Shown piece after piece: positions 1-11,555 of a stretch of DNA of 64,000 nucleotides. Position numbers and translations under genes: made by a program. Each line of letters begins with the position of its first letter. Position 1 is the first letter of the stretch. The stretch is from Chthonomonadales bacterium (lineage in GTDB: Bacteria > Armatimonadota > Chthonomonadetes > Chthonomonadales > CAJBBX01): assembly GCA_049967475.1 (NCBI GenBank), contig JBMFSQ010000011.1:47848-111847 (forward strand), in the 5' to 3' direction. A model generated the notes under the pieces. The model did no database searches. It was not told the origin of the DNA and was given only the letters and a program-made list of their open reading frames with translations.

Positions 1-510
1 CCCCAGCTTGCAAAGTTTGCAGAACCCGGAGCCGCCGCTTGGGTTAAGTTCGCTTTGGAGCCCGGAGAAGCCAAAGATCTTCCCTTCGTCATCATGTGGC
101 ATCTGCCGATATACCGGAGCGGCCCCGCAAAAGGCGCACCCCGGTATTACACCCAATTCCTCAGGAAGCGCCGGCCCGACAACGCCGTGGTATGGTTGGC
201 CGAAGAGGCTCTGGAAGACTTCGGCCAGGAATGGCCCAACTGGCGCTACTGGCTCTTCCAGATCATGGATTGGCATGCGTCGCTCGCGGGTGACCCCCGC
301 TTCCCGCTGGGGAGTCCTGGGGCCGCCCTGAACCTGCTCGCGGCCCTCCTCGAAGGCCACACGGTATGGACCGACGAAGATCGCTTCCACATACTGGCGA
401 ACGGAAAAGACGAGCTACAGCGCCTCGCCCGGCTGCGCCAGAGCGGCCTTCCGATCCACCTGATGTGGCCGCACGTCGCCAAGGCCCTCGAAGCCATCGC
501 CGCTGGTTGA
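1..510 (+). CDS. hypothetical protein, 5'-truncated by window edge
   Basis: Frame 1 is open from nt 1 (PQLAKFAEPGAAAWVKFALEPGEAKD...) into ORF 55..510. No recognisable motif. Confidence 0.5.
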   Translation, partial: PQLAKFAEPGAAAWVKFALEPGEAKDLPFVIMWHLPIYRSGPAKGAPRYYTQFLRKRRPDNAVVWLAEEALEDFGQEWPNWRYWLFQIMDWHASLAGDPRFPLGSPGAALNLLAALLEGHTVWTDEDRFHILANGKDELQRLARLRQSGLPIHLMWPHVAKALEAIAAG

Positions 511-570
511 GATGCGCCGCCTGCCGCGATGATAACCGGTGCACCTTTTGCCGCTGCCAGGAGAGGTACC

Positions 571-3093
571 ATGAAGCCCATGAAGTGGTTCTTGCCCCTC
601 TGCCTCACCCTGATGGCCGCTGGGCCGCCACCCGTTATGGCGCAGCGCCAACCTCTGCCGGACCTGGACGTGGTCGCCATCGAACGAACGCCACGATATC
701 CAGGCTACGCACTGGAATATGGTCGGCCGGGATGGAAGGGCATACCCATCCTTGTGGGCAACCGCACGCGCAAGCCGCTCACGCCCCAAGAGGCTCGCCG
801 CATCCAGCGATGGCCTAAAGAGGGGGAGCTGGTAACGTTCACAGCCCACGTTCGGAACCACGGCGATGCCCCTGCTCCTCCCTACGACTTCGTATGGATG
901 GTGGATGGAACACCCGTGTCGAAGGGTGCCACTCCGGAAAGCCAGCCTGCTGGAACGGAACGCACATTCAGTTTCTCCTGGCGATGGAAGACCGGGCGCC
1001 ACCTTGTCCGGTTCATTGTGGACCCCCTCGTGAAGATCCGCGATGCGTGCCTCACCAATAACAGCCGCGAAGACGCCACAGACGCATGGTCCCTCCTCAT
1101 GGCGGTGGATCGGGAAACCTACGACGCCTTCAATCGCACCGTCAACTTCCTGGGGACACGCTCCTTCGAGGATTGGGTGCAGTGGCATATAGACCAGATG
1201 AACCGCCTCTTCGACCTGAGCCCTTCGCCCTTCGGCCCGTCAAGCTGGAGGCCCCGGGTTCGGTGCGACAAATTCGTGGTGGTAGCGGATGCATCCAAGC
1301 TCTGGGCCAACATCCTTGGACCCGGAGTGCAGCCCTTGGATGCCGGATGGGACGGCGCCTGGGGCTTCGGCCGGCGCGCCGACTGCGCCGCATGGGCCGC
1401 TGCGCCCGACTGGGGCCTCATCCACGAATGGGGACACCAACTGGGCCTTACCGACGAGTATGCGCTGGACCGCCCAGGCTTTCAGAACCTGGTGAAGGAC
1501 GCCCGGGGCGACCCCCTCCTCATCGGGCGATGGTCCTCTTTGCGCGGCACCATGATGCACGGCCACGGCCCTACGCTCTTCTCGCCGGAATGCATGGCGG
1601 CCCTTCAAAGCCAGCGCGGCCGCCGGCGCGGCTATTACGGCGACTACTACTACTGCATTCCTCGCGTCAACAGGCTGCGCATCTTGGATCGCACCGGCGC
1701 CCCTGTGGCAGGTGCCACGGTTACCTTTTGGCAAGACCGTGACGGCATCTTTCAGGACCCTCCCGTCTTCTTCGGCAAAACGGATGCCCACGGCCTCTTC
1801 ACCCTCCCTAACCGGCGGGCACCCCACGTCACCACAGACCAGGGCTTCACCTTGCGGGATAATCCTTTCGGGCAAGTGAATGTAGTAGGGCCCGGCGATG
1901 TCTTCTTCATCCGCATCCAGGCGCGGGCACACACCGAGTACACCTGGATGGACATTACCGACTTCAACCTGGCCTATTGGTCGGGCAGGCGCGAAGCAGC
2001 AACGTTTCTTCGCAGAACCCACATTCCTGCAGCAGGCTCTCCGCCGCCGCCTTCCCATGTGTGGATAGACACATACCGCGACACGGTGCACTTGACGTGG
2101 AGCCCTGTGCCGCAAGCCCGCAGCTACCGCATCTACGACGGAGTGTCGGACCTGTTCGACTATCGGCCGGCAGGCACAACCCGTACGCCCAGGTGGACAG
2201 GCAAGATGCACGACGCCGGTATGCACCGCTTCGTAGTCACGTGCGTTGACGCCGCCGGCCGGGAGAGCGCGTATTCCGATTGGGCGGGGGCTATGCGCTT
2301 CATCAAACCGTGGGGCATCGCGCTGCTGCCGGACGGACGCGCCATCATCCGCGACGCAGCCTACGGGCAAGATATCGTGCGGAAGGCCGATGGCGCCATC
2401 CTAGGGTTGATGGGATCCGTGCACTACCACTTCGAAGGCTCCTATGACGTGGCTGCAGATCCCCGGGGCCGCATCCTAAGCGCCAAATGGGGAGATGGCT
2501 ACAACCCCGGCCAGGGCTTCAAGATACAGGGATCCGATTTGCAGATTGCCCTGGAGCGCCTCCAACCGCCGGGCAGAGGTCCGGGCCAGGTCCAAGGCCC
2601 CATGGGCATCGCTTCTGATGCAGCTGGGCATATCTTTGTGGCCGACACCGGCAATGATCGCATCGAGGAGTTCGGCGCCGACGGCACGTTTCTTCGCGCC
2701 GTAGGGGAGGGCGAGCTCAATCAGCCCATGAAGGCGGCGTTCGACGCCTCCGGCAAACTCTATGTGGCGGACTCGGGTCACAACCGCATCGCTGTTTACG
2801 CACGGGATGCCGAAGGCGGGTTCCACCTGGAGCGAAGCCTCACAGGGGTGAAGGAGCCCGTATACGTACAGGTGGACCGTGAGGGCCGCGTGTACGTAAG
2901 CACCAACCGCGATGCAGGCGTTGTGGTGTTGGATAGGGATGGGCGCGTCCTGTGGAAGTTTCAGGGCACCCCGGTAGAGCCTTTGAGCGGTCCTCGCGGG
3001 TTGGCCCTAGACGGCAAAGGCCACCTACTCGTAGTGGACGAGGCATCCCAGCGCGTGCTCGCCATATCTCTTCCGCCGGAACTCAGGCGCTAA
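571..3093 (+). CDS. secreted multidomain protein: HExxH metalloprotease-like region, Fn3-like segment, C-terminal NHL repeats
   Basis: ORF 529..3093. Start moved to ATG 571 (GGAGAGG just upstream), giving signal-like MKPMKWFLPLCLTLMAAGPPPVMA. HEWGHQLGLTDEY motif. NHL-type repeats such as GIASDAAGHIFVADTGNDRIEEF and LYVADSGHNRIAVY. Confidence 0.7.
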   Translation: MKPMKWFLPLCLTLMAAGPPPVMAQRQPLPDLDVVAIERTPRYPGYALEYGRPGWKGIPILVGNRTRKPLTPQEARRIQRWPKEGELVTFTAHVRNHGDAPAPPYDFVWMVDGTPVSKGATPESQPAGTERTFSFSWRWKTGRHLVRFIVDPLVKIRDACLTNNSREDATDAWSLLMAVDRETYDAFNRTVNFLGTRSFEDWVQWHIDQMNRLFDLSPSPFGPSSWRPRVRCDKFVVVADASKLWANILGPGVQPLDAGWDGAWGFGRRADCAAWAAAPDWGLIHEWGHQLGLTDEYALDRPGFQNLVKDARGDPLLIGRWSSLRGTMMHGHGPTLFSPECMAALQSQRGRRRGYYGDYYYCIPRVNRLRILDRTGAPVAGATVTFWQDRDGIFQDPPVFFGKTDAHGLFTLPNRRAPHVTTDQGFTLRDNPFGQVNVVGPGDVFFIRIQARAHTEYTWMDITDFNLAYWSGRREAATFLRRTHIPAAGSPPPPSHVWIDTYRDTVHLTWSPVPQARSYRIYDGVSDLFDYRPAGTTRTPRWTGKMHDAGMHRFVVTCVDAAGRESAYSDWAGAMRFIKPWGIALLPDGRAIIRDAAYGQDIVRKADGAILGLMGSVHYHFEGSYDVAADPRGRILSAKWGDGYNPGQGFKIQGSDLQIALERLQPPGRGPGQVQGPMGIASDAAGHIFVADTGNDRIEEFGADGTFLRAVGEGELNQPMKAAFDASGKLYVADSGHNRIAVYARDAEGGFHLERSLTGVKEPVYVQVDREGRVYVSTNRDAGVVVLDRDGRVLWKFQGTPVEPLSGPRGLALDGKGHLLVVDEASQRVLAISLPPELRR

Positions 3094-3108
3094 CGGCAAG
3101 GCGCAGGC

Positions 3109-4824
<1,716 letters not shown>

Positions 4825-4825
4825 T

Positions 4826-4863
4826 CAACAAAAACACCCCGCGCCCAAGATTTTGGGGCGGGG
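4826..4863 (-). terminator. intrinsic terminator inside the pyrG 5' leader (candidate attenuator)
   Basis: Minus strand reads CCCCGCCCCAA-AAUC-UUGGGCGCGGGG (11 bp stem, one bulge) followed by UGUUUUUGUUG. It lies between the predicted pyrG promoter and the pyrG start. No upstream minus-strand gene exists for it to terminate. Confidence 0.6.
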
Positions 4864-4883
4864 TATCGCGCACTGCCCGTGTC

Positions 4884-4912
4884 AGTATACCCTCCTCCGC
4901 ATTGGGGGTCAA
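4884..4912 (-). promoter_or_regulatory. sigma70-type promoter of pyrG
   Basis: Minus strand TTGACC (4912-4907), 17-nt spacer, TATACT (4889-4884). GGGC lies 6 nt downstream (4878-4875). Confidence 0.6.
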
Positions 4913-4952
4913 CGGCAGGGTCCGCCCGCGTGTGGGCCGCATTTGGGGTCTG

Positions 4953-4981
4953 TTGCCAAGGCAAGCTCGGTTAGGTATACT
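4953..4981 (+). promoter_or_regulatory. sigma70-type promoter of ubiE/menG operon, divergent from the pyrG promoter
   Basis: TTGCCA (4953-4958), 17-nt spacer, TATACT (4976-4981), about 45 nt upstream of the start codon. Confidence 0.55.
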
Positions 4982-5024
4982 CATTTGCGCGTTGCTCAAA
5001 CCGTTGTGACATGCAGAAACTCAT

Positions 5025-5759
5025 GTGATGGCTGCCCAGAACGCCTCGCCCGTCCCTTATTCCAGAGAGCATCCGGACACCGTGCGGAGCATGTTCGCTG
5101 CCATTGCGCGGCGTTACGACCTGCTCAACACGCTCCTCAGTTTCAACCGCCACAAGGCATGGAGGCGATACGCCGTCCGTGCCGCCGGCCTCAGGCCAGG
5201 CCAGAGCGCCCTTGACGTCTGCACCGGCACGGGAGACTTTGCGGTGGAACTTTTTAGGGCGGTGGGTTCGTCCGGCCTCGTGGTTGGGGCAGACTTTTGT
5301 CGTCCCATGATTGTCCAGGGCATGCCGAAGGTGCGCAAGGCATCGGGCGGGCGCATCCGAATGATGCTTGCAGACGGGTTGCGGCTTCCATACAAAGCCG
5401 ACAGCTTCCATTGCGCCACTGTGGGCTTCGGCATCCGCAACATGGCTGATGCCGCTCTGGCCCTTCAGGAGATGACACGCGTGGTCCGCCCGGGAGGTTG
5501 CGTTGTATGCCTCGAATTCAGCCGGCCTACCAACCCTATCGTGCGAAGAATCAGTGACATCTACCAGATGCGGATCCTGCCGATGATTGGCGGCCTCCTC
5601 AGCCGGCGGGATGCGTACACCTACCTGCCGCGTTCCATCCAAACCTTCTACAGCCGCGAGGAGATGGCTTCCCTGATGCGCTCGGCAGGACTGGAAGACG
5701 TGCGTGTGCACAATCTCAACCTCGGCACGGTTTGCGTCCACATAGGTACCAAGAGATGA
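5025..5759 (+). CDS. ubiE: demethylmenaquinone/ubiquinone C-methyltransferase
   Basis: VRSMFAAIARRYDLLN N-terminal signature and SAM-binding ALDVCTGTGDFA. Followed by a polyprenyl synthase. GTG 5025 or ATG 5028 start. Confidence 0.85.
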   Translation: MMAAQNASPVPYSREHPDTVRSMFAAIARRYDLLNTLLSFNRHKAWRRYAVRAAGLRPGQSALDVCTGTGDFAVELFRAVGSSGLVVGADFCRPMIVQGMPKVRKASGGRIRMMLADGLRLPYKADSFHCATVGFGIRNMADAALALQEMTRVVRPGGCVVCLEFSRPTNPIVRRISDIYQMRILPMIGGLLSRRDAYTYLPRSIQTFYSREEMASLMRSAGLEDVRVHNLNLGTVCVHIGTKR

Positions 5760-6772
5760 GCGCTCCCGCACGCATCGGCACGGATCCCGACACCGGCCTT
5801 GCTTCCTTCCTGGAATGGCTTCAGCCAGACCTCCAAGTGATCGAGGAGCACATTAACGCCGAGATCGCATCGGATGTGCGGGAGATATGCAACCTCGGAG
5901 GCCACGTACTGCGCGCCGGGGGTAAACGCCTTCGGCCCGCCATGGTCGTGCTCTCCGCCCGCGCTGTAAACCCTGAGCCCGATGTGCAGCGTCTGGTTAC
6001 CATTGCCGCATCCGTTGAACTCGTGCACATGGCCACCCTCGTACACGACGATGTGGTGGATAACACGTCCATACGGCGCGGACGCCCCACAGCCAATGCG
6101 GTCTTCGGCAATGGCGTGGCGGTATTGGCCGGGGACTTCCTGCTTGCCAAAGCCATGCGACTGCTTGCGTTGGACGGCGATCTTCGGGTGATCCGCACGG
6201 TGTCGGATATCACCACAGAGATGAGCGAGGGCGAAGTGATGGAGATCCTCGCCACGGGAGACGCCGCCATAACACCCGGGCATTACTTCGAGATCCTCCG
6301 TAAGAAGACTGCCGTGTTCGTGGACGGCTGCTGCCGCTGCGGCGCCATCGTGGGAGGTGCCACTCCGGAACAGGAGGCCGCCCTCGCGCAATACGGATAC
6401 CATCTGGGCATGGCCTTCCAGATTGCCGACGATCTCTTGGACTATACCGGAGATCCCCGCATCACGGGCAAGCCGGTGGGGAGCGACTTGAGAGACGGGC
6501 GCGCTACGCTCCCCCTCCTCATCGCCTTGAGCGAAGCAAGCCCCTCCTCCCGGGACACGCTCCTGGAGGTATTCGGCCGCGATCCGTTGCATCCGGACGA
6601 TGTGGCCCGCGTCGTGCACATCATGCATGAGTGCGACGCCTTCGAGCATACCCGCGCCATCGCACGCCGCCACGTACAACAGGCCGAACTTGCCCTGGAA
6701 GCACTTCCTGCCAGCCTCGCACGGGAATGCTTCGCGGCGCTGAACCAATATGTAATCCAGAGGGACAAGTGA
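5756..6772 (+). CDS. long-chain trans-polyprenyl diphosphate synthase (hepta/octaprenyl type)
   Basis: Two Asp-rich motifs, LVHDDVVDNTSIRRGRP and FQIADDLLDYTG. ATGA overlap with the ubiE stop at 5756-5759. Confidence 0.85.
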   Translation: MSAPARIGTDPDTGLASFLEWLQPDLQVIEEHINAEIASDVREICNLGGHVLRAGGKRLRPAMVVLSARAVNPEPDVQRLVTIAASVELVHMATLVHDDVVDNTSIRRGRPTANAVFGNGVAVLAGDFLLAKAMRLLALDGDLRVIRTVSDITTEMSEGEVMEILATGDAAITPGHYFEILRKKTAVFVDGCCRCGAIVGGATPEQEAALAQYGYHLGMAFQIADDLLDYTGDPRITGKPVGSDLRDGRATLPLLIALSEASPSSRDTLLEVFGRDPLHPDDVARVVHIMHECDAFEHTRAIARRHVQQAELALEALPASLARECFAALNQYVIQRDK

Positions 6773-7572
6773 GCCGGGCTGGTTCGCTTCCGCATCCCGT
6801 TGCGTACGTGTTCGACCTCGACGGGGTTCTCTACCGCATGGATGAACCGGTTCCATGGGCCCGGGAAGCTTTGGAACGGCTGCGGGCGGCAGGGCGCAGG
6901 ATCTTTTTCTTGACGAACAACTCCTCCAAGACACGCGCCGATTATGTAGCCAAGCTCGCCGGCTTCGGCATCCCCGCAACCGAAGAGGAAGTAATGACCT
7001 CTGCCTACGCTCTGGGCGTCCATTTCGCCGAAGCGGGTGCTGCAGGTTCGAGCGTGTATGTCATTGGGGAACAGGGTCTCGTTGCCGAATTGCAGGCAGC
7101 CGGGATGCGGGTAGTGCCCTTCCACCCGCAACATTCTGCCGATTACGTGGTGGTCGGGTGGGACCGGGGGCTTACATATACGAAGCTTGCCGAAGCCCAC
7201 CGCCTCATCACGGCAGGGTCCAGGTTCATCGCCACGAACCGCGACGCCACCTATCCGGACGCCGGCGGCCTTACCCTCCCCGGTAACGGCGCTGCCGTGG
7301 CTGCTCTGGTTACCTCGACAGGGGTCAACCCGCTCACCATAGGCAAGCCCGAGCCTTACACCGTACAACTGATCCTGCGGAGGGCCGGCATCGCTCCGGA
7401 ACAATGCCTGGTGGTGGGCGACCGCCTGGACACGGACATCGCAGCCGGAAAGCGGGTGGGCACGCCCACGGCCCTCGTCCTTACCGGCGTAACCTCCCGG
7501 GCCGAAGCGGAAGCCGCGCCGCCTCATCTCCAGCCGGACTTCATCCTGGAGGACTTGCGCGCCCTTCCCTAG
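6769..7572 (+). CDS. HAD superfamily hydrolase, subfamily IIA (NagD-like)
   Basis: YVFDLDGVLY nucleophile motif, FLTNNSS, GDRLDTDI. GTG 6769 overlaps the preceding stop (GTGA). The longer ORF 6631.. overlaps the previous gene. Confidence 0.75.
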   Translation: MSRAGSLPHPVAYVFDLDGVLYRMDEPVPWAREALERLRAAGRRIFFLTNNSSKTRADYVAKLAGFGIPATEEEVMTSAYALGVHFAEAGAAGSSVYVIGEQGLVAELQAAGMRVVPFHPQHSADYVVVGWDRGLTYTKLAEAHRLITAGSRFIATNRDATYPDAGGLTLPGNGAAVAALVTSTGVNPLTIGKPEPYTVQLILRRAGIAPEQCLVVGDRLDTDIAAGKRVGTPTALVLTGVTSRAEAEAAPPHLQPDFILEDLRALP

Positions 7573-7584
7573 CCGGCTCCCCGC

Positions 7585-9063
7585 CTAGGCGGTCCGCTCC
7601 AGGGAGGGCGCCGGCGGGTTCTCCGGGATGTCTGGTGCGGGCAAATCCGCGGACTGGAAGCACAACCAATTGGAATGGAGCACGCGGTTGCGTCCGGACC
7701 GCTTAGCGTGGTAGAGAGCTCGGTCGGCTTCTTTCACCAAATCCGAGGGATGGTCCATGCGCATATCGCGCGTGGCGATGCCGAAGCTGGCGGTTACCGG
7801 GCGCAGGGGCCATGGATGGGCTTCGACGGCACAACGAAGCCGCTCTGCGATCTGGATGCTTTGCTTGGCATCGGCTCCGGGCAGCAGCACGGCGAATTCT
7901 TCCCCGCCGTAGCGGGCCGCCGTGTCGCAATCCCGCACGTTCTCCTTTAGGATCCGGCTTACTGTTCGCAGTACATCATCCCCTGCAGGGTGCCCGAAGG
8001 TGTCGTTGTAATCTTTGAATTTGTCTACGTCCAGCATGATGAGGGAGAGTTCCATATTCTGGCGGGAAGAAAGCGCAAAGAGGTCGTTAAGGGACGAGAG
8101 GAAGAAGCGATGGTTCCGAAGGCCCGTGAGGCCATCGGTTCGGGCCGACTCGGCGAGGGCGGCGTTGGCCGCCTTGAGTTCTTCGTTGAGCGCATCGGCG
8201 CGGCGAAGTTGTTGTTCCAATTCTCTGCGCAAGCGGTTCCGCTCGGTAACATCCATGGTTGCGGCAATGGCTCCGGTTATGACGCCTTCCGGACCCCTCA
8301 GCGGGAACGTACTCAGAAGAACGTCTATCTGCCGGCCATCCAGGGCGAAGTGGCAGCACTCCAGGTTCACCATCCGCTCACCCTTGAACACGCGGGTTAC
8401 GATGCCCTTGCTCGTTTCCACATCTTCCGGCCCCACCAGCACCTCCCAAACCGGGCGCTCAAAAACCTTAGGGCCGGTCCATCCGTACAATTCTTCGGCG
8501 GCATGGTTCCACTCGTGGATGCGTCCTTCAGCGTCGTAGGTGTACGCGGGAACGGGCAAGCCGTCGAAGAGCTGGGAAAAGCGCAAATTGGCTGCGGACA
8601 CACACGACATCGTCTCCTGCAGTTCCTCGTTCTGGGCGGACATTTCGTCCCGTATCTCTTCCAGCTCCTCGGCATGGCGGCGGAGATCGTCCTGCATCTT
8701 GAGGATGCGTTGGGCTACACCCAAGCGCGCCAGGAGCTCATCGGGATCGAGAGGCTTGGTGAGAAAGTCATCAGCACCGGCTTGGAGCCCTTCCAGGCGG
8801 TCCTCACGGTGGTCCTTGGCGGTGCACAGGATGAAATACGCATAATAATCGTGGATATTGCTGCGCACGAGCCTGCAGAGCTGCAAACCGTCCATTTCGG
8901 GCATCATCCAATCGGAGATAATGATCCTACAGGGTTCCGCTTGAATGAGTTGCCAGGCCGCCAGCCCGTTCGGGGCGATTTGGGGCGTATGCCCCAACTT
9001 CTCGATCATGCGCGCCAGGATCCGTTGGGACACGGCGTCGTCTTCAACCACCAGAATCTTCAC
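7585..9063 (-). CDS. response regulator receiver-PAS-GGDEF diguanylate cyclase
   Basis: Canonical receiver (VVEDD, ISDWMMPEMDG, TKP). GGEEF active site with an RDCD (RxxD) I-site 5 residues upstream. Confidence 0.9.
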   Translation of the reverse strand: MKILVVEDDAVSQRILARMIEKLGHTPQIAPNGLAAWQLIQAEPCRIIISDWMMPEMDGLQLCRLVRSNIHDYYAYFILCTAKDHREDRLEGLQAGADDFLTKPLDPDELLARLGVAQRILKMQDDLRRHAEELEEIRDEMSAQNEELQETMSCVSAANLRFSQLFDGLPVPAYTYDAEGRIHEWNHAAEELYGWTGPKVFERPVWEVLVGPEDVETSKGIVTRVFKGERMVNLECCHFALDGRQIDVLLSTFPLRGPEGVITGAIAATMDVTERNRLRRELEQQLRRADALNEELKAANAALAESARTDGLTGLRNHRFFLSSLNDLFALSSRQNMELSLIMLDVDKFKDYNDTFGHPAGDDVLRTVSRILKENVRDCDTAARYGGEEFAVLLPGADAKQSIQIAERLRCAVEAHPWPLRPVTASFGIATRDMRMDHPSDLVKEADRALYHAKRSGRNRVLHSNWLCFQSADLPAPDIPENPPAPSLERTA

Positions 9064-9213
9064 ACTGCTGCCTCCAACAGGCGATCATTCCGTGGATCCG
9101 CCGGGCTGCGGCAACGAGGCGGCACGCCCGGGGAAGTCCACGCACCTCGGGATGCGGGGCTTCTTGGTGTCTTTATCGGTTCACGCGCCATCCAACTGGA
9201 GCGCATACTCCGA

Positions 9214-9242
9214 TTGATCCGGCCGGCTGCAGCGGCTACAAT
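9214..9242 (+). promoter_or_regulatory. sigma70-type promoter upstream of GNAT gene
   Basis: TTGATC (9214-9219), 17-nt spacer, TACAAT (9237-9242). Confidence 0.5.
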
Positions 9243-9271
9243 AAGATCGGATGAAGGAGGCCGCGCTGCGA

Positions 9272-10315
9272 ATGGTGCATCAGCTTGGTACGGCGACACT
9301 CAAGTCGGGCGAAAAACTGGAGATTGTACGAGTTTCGTCTCCAGACACACAGGAAGCGCAAGCCGTGCGCGACCTGCTGGAGGAACGACCCGCGCCCCTT
9401 CCGCCGGAATTCCGATATCTTTTTCAGGCTGTGAAGGAGCTTTTGGCCCACAAAAGCCCTGAGTGGCACACGCACATGGATGCTGCCCTGCGGGGAGACA
9501 CCGGCGGCCTCCAGACACGCTTCTACCTGGGCGTACTCGACGGAAGGCCGGTAGCCAATGTCCTCACCTCCGAGCAGCATGGCATCGGCATCGTGTCTCA
9601 CGTGTTCACCCATCCCCAGCACCGGCAGAAAGGCATCTGCCGGGCCGTGATGGGCGCTCAGATGGAGGACTTCCGTGCGCGAGGCGGGCGCGCCTTGTTG
9701 CTGGGTACGGGCTTTGAGACACCCCCGTACTGGATCTACCATTCCTTCGGCTTCCGATCCATTCAAGGCGGCTTCATGCGGTACACCACGCCAGGTTTCG
9801 AGGGCTTCGAGGAGGACTGGTTCGCTCCACGCGATGCGCAGATCGTTCCCGCAGATTGGCGCCACTGGCCTCTTGTGGCGTTGCTGGCCTCCCTTCCGGC
9901 CCCCGAGCGTCTGCGAAGCTATGCCTGGCGCCTATTCGGCGTCGGGAATTTGGAGCACCCCTATGTGGATTTCATGAGCCGCCGATTGAACCGAGGGGAT
10001 GTGAATGGGGTGATGCTCGAGGCAGAGAATGGGGCTGTAGTCGGTTGCGGCACCCTTATACCCGATGCAGTCTGGCCCCAAATCCAAATTCTGGACGTTT
10101 TCACGCACCCGAACTTCACGGAGCGCCTCATCGAACTGGTCCGCGCCCTCGTGCCGAGGCAGGGCCGCATCCTTGCCTATGCCGATGCGAACGCCCCGCA
10201 CAAAGCAGCGGCCCTGGAAGAGTGTTCCTTCGTGCGTGAAGGGACACTGCGCAACCACCTGCGTGCGGGCCAAGCGCGGGGCGACGTATACGTGTATGCT
10301 CGAAATGGAGAGTAG
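9272..10315 (+). CDS. GNAT-family N-acetyltransferase (two GNAT-like halves)
   Basis: ORF 9251..10315. HVFTHPQHRQKGICRAVM matches the acetyl-CoA binding Q/RxxGxG/A pattern. ATG 9272 has AAGGAGG 10 nt upstream. ATG 9251 would sit about 2 nt from the predicted TSS. Confidence 0.65.
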   Translation: MVHQLGTATLKSGEKLEIVRVSSPDTQEAQAVRDLLEERPAPLPPEFRYLFQAVKELLAHKSPEWHTHMDAALRGDTGGLQTRFYLGVLDGRPVANVLTSEQHGIGIVSHVFTHPQHRQKGICRAVMGAQMEDFRARGGRALLLGTGFETPPYWIYHSFGFRSIQGGFMRYTTPGFEGFEEDWFAPRDAQIVPADWRHWPLVALLASLPAPERLRSYAWRLFGVGNLEHPYVDFMSRRLNRGDVNGVMLEAENGAVVGCGTLIPDAVWPQIQILDVFTHPNFTERLIELVRALVPRQGRILAYADANAPHKAAALEECSFVREGTLRNHLRAGQARGDVYVYARNGE

Positions 10316-10316
10316 A

Positions 10317-11504
10317 ATGCGCACCCTTTACTTGGATTGCTTTGCCGGCATCGCGGGTGATATGCTTTTGGGAGCGATGCTCGCGTGCGGCGTCGAAGAG
10401 GAGCGCCTGCGGCAGGAGCTGGCGCGCCTCAACGTACGCGGATGGAAATTGCGCGTGGAGAACGTTCAGCGCAACGGCATCGGCGCGGTGGATGTGTCCG
10501 TAGACGTTGAGGATGCCCCCCACCATCACCGGCATCTGGCGGATATCGAAGAGATCATCACGTCGAGTTCGCTGCCGCAGCGCGTTCAGGAGCGCGCCGT
10601 CGCCGTGTTCCGAAGGCTGGCCGAGGCCGAGGCCAAGATCCACGGCACCACACCCCAGAAGATCCATTTCCACGAGGTGGGCGCCCTGGACGCGATTGTG
10701 GATATCACCGGCGCCTGCATCGGGCTGGAGCTTTTGGGCGTAGAACAAGTGGTCGCGTCTCCCTTACCCATGGGCCGAGGCTTCGTAGAATGCGCCCACG
10801 GCATCCTGCCCCTCCCGGCTCCTGCGGTTCTGGAGCTTCTTCGTGGCGTTCCGGCCTACGGCGTAGATGTGGAAGCAGAGTTGGTGACGCCCACAGGAGC
10901 CGCCCTGGTCACGACGCTGGCCCAATCCTATGGTCCCCTGCCGGTCATGGCCATCGAGGCCACGGGATACGGAGCAGGCAAGCGGCAACTGAAGGATCGT
11001 CCGAACCTCCTCCGAGCGATCCTAGGAACGGTGGATGCGCATTTCGCCTCATCCGCCCCGGAAGTGGCTGTGCTGGAAACGAACCTGGACGACGTTTCCC
11101 CGCAGTTTTACGAGGTGGTGACGCGACGCCTGTTCGACGCCGGCGCATTGGACGTATACCTAACTCCCGTGCAGATGAAAAAGGAGCGGCCCGGAGTTCT
11201 GCTGACCGTGCTGGCGGATCCGCAGCGCGCCGAGGCATTGGCCGATGTGATCTTCCGCGAAACCACAACCATGGGAGTGCGGTTCCATATGGGGAAGCGC
11301 CTCTGCCTGGAACGGGAATGGCAAACGGTGCAAACCGAGTACGGCGCTATCCGGGTGAAAATAGGCCGATGGAAGGGCGCGCCTACGGTAGCCTCCCCGG
11401 AATACGAGGACGTAAAGGCGGCGGCTTCGGCAAGCGGAGCACCCGTCTACAAGGTTTATCAGGCAGCCCAGGCCGCCTACAATCAACAGATGTCCTCCGG
11501 CTGA
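10317..11504 (+). CDS. larC: nickel-pincer cofactor biosynthesis protein LarC (DUF111)
   Basis: MRTLYLDCFAGIAGDMLLGAMLACG N-terminus typical of LarC/DUF111. The upstream ORF extension (10065..) overlaps the GNAT gene. Confidence 0.8.
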   Translation: MRTLYLDCFAGIAGDMLLGAMLACGVEEERLRQELARLNVRGWKLRVENVQRNGIGAVDVSVDVEDAPHHHRHLADIEEIITSSSLPQRVQERAVAVFRRLAEAEAKIHGTTPQKIHFHEVGALDAIVDITGACIGLELLGVEQVVASPLPMGRGFVECAHGILPLPAPAVLELLRGVPAYGVDVEAELVTPTGAALVTTLAQSYGPLPVMAIEATGYGAGKRQLKDRPNLLRAILGTVDAHFASSAPEVAVLETNLDDVSPQFYEVVTRRLFDAGALDVYLTPVQMKKERPGVLLTVLADPQRAEALADVIFRETTTMGVRFHMGKRLCLEREWQTVQTEYGAIRVKIGRWKGAPTVASPEYEDVKAAASASGAPVYKVYQAAQAAYNQQMSSG

Positions 11505-11555
11505 TGACGCGCCGCCGTTGTGGAAACGACACTGTTGGCAACGGGCTAAGCACCG

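Noticed and set aside
7990-9462. 490-aa plus-strand ORF
   Set aside because: Antisense to the RR-PAS-GGDEF gene. It also runs through the promoter region of the GNAT gene.
10065-10316. Upstream extension of the larC ORF
   Set aside because: It overlaps the GNAT gene. The conserved LarC N-terminus MRTLYLDCF begins at 10317.
10317-11504. larC without larB/larE neighbours as an anomaly
   Set aside because: lar genes are often dispersed. Absence from a 64-kb window says nothing about the genome.
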